Source: a virus. Taken from it: a stretch of 64,000 bases of DNA. A model generated the notes under the pieces. That model did not search any database. It saw only the letters and a list, made by a program, of their open reading frames with translations, and was not told the DNA's origin. This document shows, piece after piece, positions 18,890 to 25,854 of the stretch. Every line of letters begins with the position of its first letter. The first letter of the stretch is position 1. The position numbers and the translations under genes were made by a program. The stretch is taken from IMG/VR virus record IMGVR_UViG_3300045988_133024, positions 1 through 64,000 of that record. One strand, written 5' to 3'.

Positions 18890-18906
18890 AAGTACAGGAA
18901 AAGGAA

Positions 18907-19434
18907 GTGGAGAAAATGGGAATTAAAAATCTAACAGAAGCAGAAGAAAAAGAGTTTTACAGACTTGTTGAGAAGATGAATGGGAAAGAACCAGAAAAGA
19001 AACAGGATGTAAAGGTAAAGAAACCAGAGATTGGAACACGTTATTTTTATTTGGATAGCGTTGGAGATATTGTAAATGCAGTTTGGGATGATGACGAATA
19101 CGATAATGCAAGATGGGATCTTGGAAAAGTATTTCTGACAGAAAAAGAAATAGTATTTGCTATAGAGAAAAGAAAAGTAGAAGTTGAACTAGAACGGTAT
19201 GCAAAGGAGCATAATGACCCAGAAAGAGATGTATGGAATGGGTTTAATGAGCGTTGCGGGATTCGTTATGATTGTCTTAGAGGTGATCTTGATACATCAA
19301 CCATGTACCAATTCAGGGATATTGGAGCTATATATTTTACGTCTAAAGAAATCGCTGAGGATGCAGCAAATAAGGTTGGAGCAAAACGCATCATGAAATA
19401 TCTATTTGATGTTGATTGTGAGGTGGATGAATAA
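18907..19434 (+). CDS. hypothetical protein
   Basis: 175-aa ORF. RBS 'aaaggaagtggag'. Confidence 0.55.
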   Translation: MEKMGIKNLTEAEEKEFYRLVEKMNGKEPEKKQDVKVKKPEIGTRYFYLDSVGDIVNAVWDDDEYDNARWDLGKVFLTEKEIVFAIEKRKVEVELERYAKEHNDPERDVWNGFNERCGIRYDCLRGDLDTSTMYQFRDIGAIYFTSKEIAEDAANKVGAKRIMKYLFDVDCEVDE

Positions 19435-19526
19435 TGATTATTCTTGCATTCTTAGCGCTTATATTTACACCAATTATTATTATCATATCAGAAACGACTG
19501 ATGTGTTATGGGAGGAGGATATATAA

Positions 19527-20003
19527 ATGTTACTTGCATTATTTATCCTAACAATTGCATTTTCGTTTTATGAATATAAAACTTTACAGGTAGCGAGAGA
19601 TCAGCTTAAAGAAAATACGTACAGTTCAGAACCCGATATGTGGGTTACCGAATTTTTACTATGTCTAATTATTGTAGCGACGCTAGTGTTAATGATATGG
19701 ATGTTTGCTGTTGATGGGTCTGATAAAAAATTGACTTATTATGAAAAACAGAATGTCGAGTTGGAGCGAAAAATTGATGTGTCTGTGAAGAATTATCTGA
19801 ACACTGATTCCGAAGTGTATAAAAATTTTAAAAAAGGAGATGGGATGGCTTTAATTGCCAATTATCCAAAATTAAGTAAAAGCGGTTTGATTAGAGATCA
19901 GATAGATATGTATAAAGACAATGCAAAAGAAATAAAGAAACTTAAAGGAAGATCAATCAGATATAACACGATAAAGTGGTGGCTATATTTTGGAGGTAAA
20001 TGA
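19527..20003 (+). CDS. membrane protein
   Basis: Two predicted TM segments. RBS 'gggaggagg'. Confidence 0.55.
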   Translation: MLLALFILTIAFSFYEYKTLQVARDQLKENTYSSEPDMWVTEFLLCLIIVATLVLMIWMFAVDGSDKKLTYYEKQNVELERKIDVSVKNYLNTDSEVYKNFKKGDGMALIANYPKLSKSGLIRDQIDMYKDNAKEIKKLKGRSIRYNTIKWWLYFGGK

Positions 20004-20188
20004 TTATGAAGATTATATATCAGGGTAAACCGTACAAAGTATATGGAATGCATACAAATTATAATTCAACAGGTTGGGATCATGAAATTTATGCATATTT
20101 CTTGATTTTTACAAAAAAATACTGGCAGTGGATATCTACTGATGATTGTATACCATATAAAAAGAAACATAAAAAAGAAAGGGTGTAA
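20000..20188 (+). CDS. small hypothetical protein
   Basis: 62-aa ORF with start overlapping the upstream stop. Confidence 0.4.
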   Translation: MIMKIIYQGKPYKVYGMHTNYNSTGWDHEIYAYFLIFTKKYWQWISTDDCIPYKKKHKKERV

Positions 20189-20292
20189 AGAATATTAAGT
20201 ACGCACTTAGAGACATTGCATTATTTACACTTACTAACGACACAACCGATGAAGAAAAAATAATATTTACAATTCAAGGGAGCAAGGCTGAT

Positions 20293-20613
20293 ATGAATTA
20301 CAATCTAACATTTCCTGTTGTAGTTCTGAAAGATGAAAGTGACTCAGTTCCATATATGGCATATATCCCATATTTTGACGTAATGACGCAGGGATATGAC
20401 CAACAAGAATTGCAGATGATGATCAAAGATTTGTTGAATCTTTGCTTAGAAGATAAGGAATCTTACAAAATTCCAGATTGGGCATATCATTATTTCAATG
20501 CAGATGATGTCAAGGAACGAGGCAGAAAATACTTTGAGGAACTTGATGACGGTGATGATACATATTTTCAAAAGCATTTTTACACAGTATGGTGGTTTGA
20601 TTTTAAGAGATAG
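20293..20613 (+). CDS. hypothetical protein
   Basis: 106-aa ORF. RBS 'aagggag'. Confidence 0.5.
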   Translation: MNYNLTFPVVVLKDESDSVPYMAYIPYFDVMTQGYDQQELQMMIKDLLNLCLEDKESYKIPDWAYHYFNADDVKERGRKYFEELDDGDDTYFQKHFYTVWWFDFKR

Positions 20614-20819
20614 TGGTAGGAAAGGAGAAAGATAAAATGGACGTTTTGTTTTACATAATTTGGGTATTGGCGTTTATGGTGATCGTAGCAATTGGAATTG
20701 GAGTACCATATATGACCTATTACAATTACAAAAGAATTAAGGCAATGGATAAGAAACTTACAGGTATGTGCACAGGTCTTGGCATTATGTTAAGACCAGA
20801 AGAAGGTGATAATGAATGA
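20613..20819 (+). CDS. small membrane protein
   Basis: 68-aa ORF with one TM segment. RBS 'aaaggagaaag'. Confidence 0.5.
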   Translation: MVGKEKDKMDVLFYIIWVLAFMVIVAIGIGVPYMTYYNYKRIKAMDKKLTGMCTGLGIMLRPEEGDNE

Positions 20820-21124
20820 AAGATATGAGAAATAATCCCATTGACAATGGAAATCTGTGTTTTAGATCAAGAATGGTAAATGGAGAAACATTGATGGGAT
20901 ATGCATTAGTTATCTCAAACAAGCTGTTTTGGAAAGACGGATGGAATAACTATATTTCTAGTCATGACAAACTTAATTCTAAGCAATTAATTGTCATCGA
21001 ACACCTAAATGATGATGAAAAGAAAATGAGAAAAGAGTGGTTAGAGTTCATGGCAACAACAAAATCAAAAAAGGTTAAAGATGAAGATAAAGAAATCGTA
21101 AAAGGATTACTGAGTGAAATGTGA
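20816..21124 (+). CDS. hypothetical protein
   Basis: 102-aa ORF with overlapping start. Confidence 0.5.
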   Translation: MKDMRNNPIDNGNLCFRSRMVNGETLMGYALVISNKLFWKDGWNNYISSHDKLNSKQLIVIEHLNDDEKKMRKEWLEFMATTKSKKVKDEDKEIVKGLLSEM

Positions 21125-21139
21125 GGTGCAAGGTATTAA

Positions 21140-21325
21140 ATGAGAAGATTAATTTGGTATATCAGGTCTTGCTTCTGCAAACATGACTGGGAGTTAATAT
21201 TTGATACCCGCTACGAAGAAGAATCTTATGGTAAATGGTACGACATTATTACAACTAAAGGTAGACAAAAGGTTTATCGTTGTAAAAAATGTGGTTGCGA
21301 AAAAAGATATAGAACGTAAAATCTG
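21140..21325 (+). CDS. small zinc-ribbon protein (61 aa; not present in the supplied ORF track)
   Basis: Hand translation gives MRRLIWYIRSCFCKHDW...YRCKKCGCEKDIERKI with two CxC/CxxC pairs. RBS 'gaggtg' 8 nt upstream. Confidence 0.3.
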
Positions 21326-21354
21326 AGTTTTATGTAAAGAGAGGATGATGAGAA

Positions 21355-21939
21355 ATGAGTTGGTGGACATATGTAAAGGGAATTGTTGAAGTTAGACCAT
21401 TTGGAAGAACACAGGCAGAGGAAAGATACATACTTGAAACTGCATTGAATCATTTGCCTAGAGTAACAGGGTCTGAAAGCGATATGAATATACATATAGT
21501 TCAAAAAGCAGGATATGATATGAGCGATTCATGTAATGAATTTGAACAACGAACTCATTTGGGAAATGGTAGAAGAGGAAATTTCGAAACACAGGGAACA
21601 TATTATTTGTTAGTCGAAGGCAGTTTGCGAGACAGAGAATTTCAAGAAACATATAGAGAATTACAAAAATGGCTATGTCGGCTTGCTAAAAGAGTTAGTG
21701 TCCAAGATGTAATGATTGAGGTCAAAGCATGGAACAGAAATAAACTTATTAGAAATGATAAAGGAATTTATACTCAAATGCTCGAAGATGTTAGTTGGAT
21801 AAACAAGAATAGCATTAATTGGTGCGAATATCTAATGTGGAAACCTTATAGAACACATAGAATGGTTGGTTATCCTGAGAAGCTTGTAGAAAAATATTAT
21901 CCAGAAATATACAAGAAAGAAAAGGAGTATGAGGAATGA
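21355..21939 (+). CDS. hypothetical protein
   Basis: 194-aa ORF. RBS 'agaggatgatgag'. Confidence 0.55.
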   Translation: MSWWTYVKGIVEVRPFGRTQAEERYILETALNHLPRVTGSESDMNIHIVQKAGYDMSDSCNEFEQRTHLGNGRRGNFETQGTYYLLVEGSLRDREFQETYRELQKWLCRLAKRVSVQDVMIEVKAWNRNKLIRNDKGIYTQMLEDVSWINKNSINWCEYLMWKPYRTHRMVGYPEKLVEKYYPEIYKKEKEYEE

Positions 21940-22274
21940 TAAATAGAGTTGAGATTATATTGGGAACGCTTGTATGTAACATTATTGGTAACAAAATATT
22001 TGATAGTTTGTATCAAAAAGATAAACGTGTTAGTGATTTTCACAAGGATAATGATGTATCACTGCGTACTCGGACAGAAAATGATATGAAGCAATTAGAT
22101 ATGATGTTTGCTGATCAGGTTATTAGGATATTAAGAGATATTCAAAACCATTGGTTACCTGAAAGACCAATAATATACGGAGATGATCGTATGTATACAG
22201 AGTCACAATACCAGGCAGAAAAGATGCATCAGGCTATTGACGATGCCGTTACTGTGTTATTAGAAAAAATGTAA
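21936..22274 (+). CDS. hypothetical protein
   Basis: 112-aa ORF with overlapping start. Confidence 0.5.
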   Translation: MINRVEIILGTLVCNIIGNKIFDSLYQKDKRVSDFHKDNDVSLRTRTENDMKQLDMMFADQVIRILRDIQNHWLPERPIIYGDDRMYTESQYQAEKMHQAIDDAVTVLLEKM

Positions 22275-22289
22275 AGTGAGGTAATTAAT

Positions 22290-22601
22290 ATGGGAGCTAA
22301 TATTGAGTTTGCCATTGGCTATGCGATTGGGTTTTGTATCGTTGGAGTGATTGTATTCCTGAGATATGAAAAGAAGTTAGATCGGATGAGGCAGGCAAAT
22401 GTAAATCTGATCTTAGACAAGATGTCGTTTATGTCAGATGTAAGCGATAAAGAAAATGGTACATATAATAAGGAAGAAACTCGTTCAGATGTTAAGGACG
22501 CAGTGAAGTATGCAATGAAGAAAAGTCATCCAGACAATGGTGGTAGTGCAGATGATTTTCGAAAATTTAGAGAGCTTTATGAAGAAATGGAAGGTAAGTA
22601 A
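22290..22601 (+). CDS. membrane-anchored J-domain-like protein
   Basis: N-terminal TM segment. C-terminal 'KYAMKKSHPDNGGSADDFRKFRELYEEM' carries the HPD motif of DnaJ J-domains. Confidence 0.45.
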   Translation: MGANIEFAIGYAIGFCIVGVIVFLRYEKKLDRMRQANVNLILDKMSFMSDVSDKENGTYNKEETRSDVKDAVKYAMKKSHPDNGGSADDFRKFRELYEEMEGK

Positions 22602-22883
22602 ATGCTAAAGGTCGGAGATAGAGTTTATATTTATAGAATGAAGCCAGCGGCTAAAGGAGGTTTGGTTAGAAATAACGACAAAGGTACAATTACTCGCATC
22701 GGAACAGATGAGATTGGTCGCAGATATGGGTATAGATATATGACCGTTAAATTTGACAAACCAGTAAATATCTCTAATCGTGATATTTACTCTTTAGAAT
22801 TTTTTGAAAACAAGGATGATCGTAAGATAGGTAGAATACGAGATACTGGATTCTTACTATATGGTAGAAAATGTGAGGAATAA
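22602..22883 (+). CDS. hypothetical protein
   Basis: 93-aa ORF starting at the upstream stop. Confidence 0.5.
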   Translation: MLKVGDRVYIYRMKPAAKGGLVRNNDKGTITRIGTDEIGRRYGYRYMTVKFDKPVNISNRDIYSLEFFENKDDRKIGRIRDTGFLLYGRKCEE

Positions 22884-22888
22884 GACTT

Positions 22889-23074
22889 ATGAGTAAACAA
22901 GAATCATTGAAGTTTTTGCAAGGTTTGATTGACGAAGTAGAAAATTGGACAAAAGAGGATATCGAGCGAGGTCGGAAATTGATGGAGAAAATGAAAAAAG
23001 AAGAACCAAAAGAAGTTGAAAATAGTGATGGATATTGGGAATTTATAATGCCAGATGGTAAGGAAGTGAAGTAG
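22889..23074 (+). CDS. small hypothetical protein
   Basis: 61-aa ORF immediately upstream of the Cas12f/TnpB-like gene. Confidence 0.45.
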   Translation: MSKQESLKFLQGLIDEVENWTKEDIERGRKLMEKMKKEEPKEVENSDGYWEFIMPDGKEVK

Positions 23075-23076
23075 AT

Positions 23077-24705
23077 ATGGCTAAGAAACAAAATAAAAAT
23101 ACGATGCAGATCAATAGAAAAATTACTTTAATTCCAGTTGCAAGTGACAATGATGGTTGGAAGAAGAAGATGAATACATATCTTGAAAAATTTTATTTTG
23201 ACAAGAAAATTAAAGCCAAAGAAAGACAAATCAAAAATACGAGTAAACCAGAAAGAAAAGAAGAATACAAACAGCAGCTTACAGAATATAAAAAGCAACA
23301 AGAACAGTTCTTAAATGGTGAGCTTGAAGATTATACAAAGCAGATGGTTATGAGTTATACATATGATTTGGTAAGAGACTGTATGGAAAGTGAAGCAAGA
23401 CAGAAGAATTTCATAATGTCTTATATGTTCTCAGAGATGATCAGAGAAAAGGTCTGCTACTTAAAAAACAAGAAAGAAAAGGAAAAATGGGTAAATGACA
23501 ATATCAATGTTGCATTTAGAGTTAAAGGATCACCAAAGGGAAGTATCTTTGACGATGTTGAGATTTATAGTCCATTAAGAGCATTGAGTATTCAGGGATA
23601 TACTCAGGAATTAAAGGGGAGAGTTAAGAAATTCGCCACTGATGGTGGTTTAGACGGGAAGTTGGCAGTCGATAATTATAAATTAGATTCGCCATTTCAT
23701 ATGTCAAAGCAAGGATTTGATATTGTTCATGAATATGAAGACTTGACAGAGCTTAAAAAGAATATTGGTAAATCAAGTTGTGAAATATATGTGAATCTTG
23801 GTAACGGTGGCGTTCCTACATTCGCAAGATTTCAATTAGATTTTGGACACAAAGGCAATCGAGAAGAGTTAATTTCTACAATTACAAAAGTATTTACTGG
23901 CGAATATAAAGTATGTGGAAGTTCAATTCAGATTAATAAAAAGAATAAGATTATATTAAATCTTGGACTTGAAATTCCAAAAAGACTTACTGAATTAGAT
24001 GAAAACACGGTAGTTGGAGTCGATCTTGGGTTAGCAGTTCCAGCTGTATGCTCTTTAAATAATAATCAGTATAAGAAAGAGTATATTGGGGACGGAGAAG
24101 CTTTTGTAAAACAGCGAGGCAAAATTCAAAAAGAAAAACAGAGACTACAAAAAGCATTGAAACTTTCAAAGGGTGGACATGGAAGAAAGAGAAAAATGTT
24201 AGCCTTAGAAAGATTCAAAGAAAGAGAAGCAAATTTTGTAAATACTTATTGTCATAGAATCAGTAAAAAAGTTGTTGAATATGCACTTAAGAATAATGCC
24301 AAATATATCAATATTGAGAATTTAAAAGGATATGATTCTAGTAAATTTATTCTGAGAAATTGGAGTTTCTACCAGCTTCAGCAAGATATTACATATAAAG
24401 CAGAAAGATATGGTATTGAAGTAAGAAAAATCAATCCTGCATTTACTTCTCAAGTATGTAGTTTCTGTGGGTATTGGGAATCTGGACAGAGAATAAATCA
24501 GAAAACTTTTAAATGCGGAAATCCAAATTGTAAGAGTCATAATCTCAAATTTTTCAATGCAGATTATAATGCTGCAAGAAATATTTCAATGTCAACATTG
24601 TTTACAAGTGACAATTATAAGTTTGGAAAAGAATCTTTGCAAAAAGCAGCAGATTATTACGGAATTGATTTAGAAATTGATTCTGAAGACCAAGAAATTG
24701 CTTAA
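23077..24705 (+). CDS. Cas12f/TnpB-like RNA-guided nuclease candidate (split RuvC domain plus zinc finger)
   Basis: RuvC-I 'VVGVDLGLAVPAV'. RuvC-II 'AKYINIENLKGY'. Zinc finger 'CSFCGYW..CGNPNCKSH'. RuvC-III 'NADYNAARNI'. At 542 aa with the D/E/D spacing, it resembles miniature type V effectors. No tnpA or cas1/cas2 is adjacent. Confidence 0.75.
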   Translation: MAKKQNKNTMQINRKITLIPVASDNDGWKKKMNTYLEKFYFDKKIKAKERQIKNTSKPERKEEYKQQLTEYKKQQEQFLNGELEDYTKQMVMSYTYDLVRDCMESEARQKNFIMSYMFSEMIREKVCYLKNKKEKEKWVNDNINVAFRVKGSPKGSIFDDVEIYSPLRALSIQGYTQELKGRVKKFATDGGLDGKLAVDNYKLDSPFHMSKQGFDIVHEYEDLTELKKNIGKSSCEIYVNLGNGGVPTFARFQLDFGHKGNREELISTITKVFTGEYKVCGSSIQINKKNKIILNLGLEIPKRLTELDENTVVGVDLGLAVPAVCSLNNNQYKKEYIGDGEAFVKQRGKIQKEKQRLQKALKLSKGGHGRKRKMLALERFKEREANFVNTYCHRISKKVVEYALKNNAKYINIENLKGYDSSKFILRNWSFYQLQQDITYKAERYGIEVRKINPAFTSQVCSFCGYWESGQRINQKTFKCGNPNCKSHNLKFFNADYNAARNISMSTLFTSDNYKFGKESLQKAADYYGIDLEIDSEDQEIA

Positions 24706-24714
24706 ATTATCGAC

Positions 24715-24835
24715 TGTATATGGCATGTTTTGGATGAGGTGCCGAACTTCGTCGATCATAGAATATATGATTATGCCAAAAGTGAGGTGTGAATAGAAAT
24801 GCACTCACTAAAATTTGTGTAACTAGACAGAACGT
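24715..24835 (+). ncRNA. structured element A1 (candidate tracrRNA/omegaRNA-like scaffold) with a degenerate CRISPR half-repeat at its 3' end
   Basis: Starts 10 nt after the nuclease stop. Begins with 'tgtatatggcatgtttt', which is closed by '...ttatgcca' (ggcat/atgcc inverted repeat). Contains the hairpin agtgag-[17 nt]-ctcact. The tail 'taactagacagaac' resembles the 3' end of the array repeat ('taacataggtacagaac'). Confidence 0.4.
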
Positions 24836-24895
24836 AAAGTTTTGCATTGTATACATAATAAAGATTTGAGGTTTGAGAATTATTAAAAATTACAC

Positions 24896-24920
24896 AGATA
24901 CAAAACGGTTCTAGTGATCA
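24896..24920. repeat. direct repeat B1, 'agatacaaaacggttctagtgatca'
   Basis: Matches B2 at 22 of 25 positions. The two copies are 101 bp apart. Confidence 0.5.
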
Positions 24921-24996
24921 ATTCAAACATTCATAAGTTTTAGAATCATTAGAAATTATATAATTATAAAATATAGTATTAAATAAACATTTATGT

Positions 24997-25020
24997 AGAT
25001 ACAAAATGATTCTAGTGTCT
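24997..25020. repeat. direct repeat B2, 'agatacaaaatgattctagtgtct'
   Basis: Second copy of B1. The two copies flank a ~75-bp AT-rich segment containing the palindrome aattatataatt. Confidence 0.5.
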
Positions 25021-25069
25021 AAGACAATATATACAGGTTGATAAAACCTGTTATAACTACACAAATTAT

Positions 25070-25172
25070 TGTGTATGGCATGTTTCGAGAAATATCATCA
25101 CCAATATGATATTTCTGGTCATGGAGTATCATGACTATGCCAAAAGTGAGATTATATGATACTCACTAAAAT
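25070..25172 (+). ncRNA. structured element A2 (second copy of A1, 355 bp downstream), immediately upstream of the mini-array
   Basis: Shares 'tgtgtatggcatgttt...atgactatgccaaaagtgag-[11 nt]-ctcactaaaat' with A1. The internal perfect hairpin is agaaatatcat/atgatatttct. The loop sequences are variable. Confidence 0.4.
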
Positions 25173-25194
25173 GTATGTTAATTAAATATTCGAG

Positions 25195-25363
25195 GCTTAA
25201 GACCTATTAAATTTAACATAGGTACAGAACACATGATGCAGTATTTTTTTGAATCAATTATGTTTAAGACCTATCAGATTTAACATAGGTACAGAACTTG
25301 GCACATTACTGGATTGGCTAACCGATAGCACAAGACCTATCAAATTTAACAAAAATTAAAGGA
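25195..25363 (+). CRISPR. mini CRISPR-like array: 36-bp repeats at 25195-25230 and 25262-25297, plus a degenerate terminal repeat (~25328-25363); spacers of 31 and 30 nt
   Basis: R1 is gcttaagacctattaaatttaacataggtacagaac. R2 is gtttaagacctatcagatttaacataggtacagaac (3 mismatches). R3 keeps aagacctatcaaatttaac and then diverges. The period is 66-67 bp. The repeats carry an internal hairpin cctat/atagg. Confidence 0.55.
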
Positions 25364-25545
25364 AATTAAACAGAAAATGAAAACAAGGAAACAACGTAAA
25401 CAGGAAATAAAACGATTCTTTGATCGGCTGAGTCCTGAGGAATTGGACAAGCTATTAGAAAGAAATGGAATTAATGATAAAGAGTCTAATGAGGCTCTTT
25501 CATATAGAACTATAAAAGAAGAAATTGAGAAAGGAGAGACCTGAT

Positions 25546-25854
25546 ATGGCATATAAGTTGTATATTGAAACACAAAAGGAATATACGGGATGTAGTCCAC
25601 AGCTGGAGGTATTAAATGTAAGAGATTGCAAACATGTCATTGCATCATTAGATCATTACCCACCTACAGCTGAGGAGGTTAAGAAAGCAGCTTGTATATT
25701 AATCGGACAATGTATTTACAAACGTATTTGTAGCATGGAAATCGACATTGATATTTTGGATATGCATTGTTCTCCGCCAAAAGAAATGACGATTGAAGAA
25801 ATCGAAAAAGAACTCGGTCATAAAGTAAAAATTGTAGAGGAGAAAGAAAAATGA
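25546..25854 (+). CDS. hypothetical protein (start trimmed from 25525 to the ATG with RBS 'aaaggagag')
   Basis: 102-aa ORF. A 55-aa ORF at 25377..25544 directly after the array is also possible but has only a weak RBS. Confidence 0.5.
   Translation: MAYKLYIETQKEYTGCSPQLEVLNVRDCKHVIASLDHYPPTAEEVKKAACILIGQCIYKRICSMEIDIDILDMHCSPPKEMTIEEIEKELGHKVKIVEEKEK

Noticed and set aside
19199-19396. 65-aa + strand ORF nested inside gene 18907..19434
   Set aside because: Out-of-frame internal ORF with no RBS. The host gene is better supported.
24715-25172. A1/A2 as left and right ends of an IS200/IS605-type element carrying the TnpB-like gene
   Set aside because: Both copies are direct repeats on the same side (downstream) of the gene, and no tnpA is present. 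IS605 ends would flank the gene and differ in sequence.
25346-25600. 84-aa minus-strand ORF overlapping the array end and the next gene
   Set aside because: Antisense to a well-supported + strand CDS and to the repeat locus. No RBS. Every other gene in the region is on the + strand.
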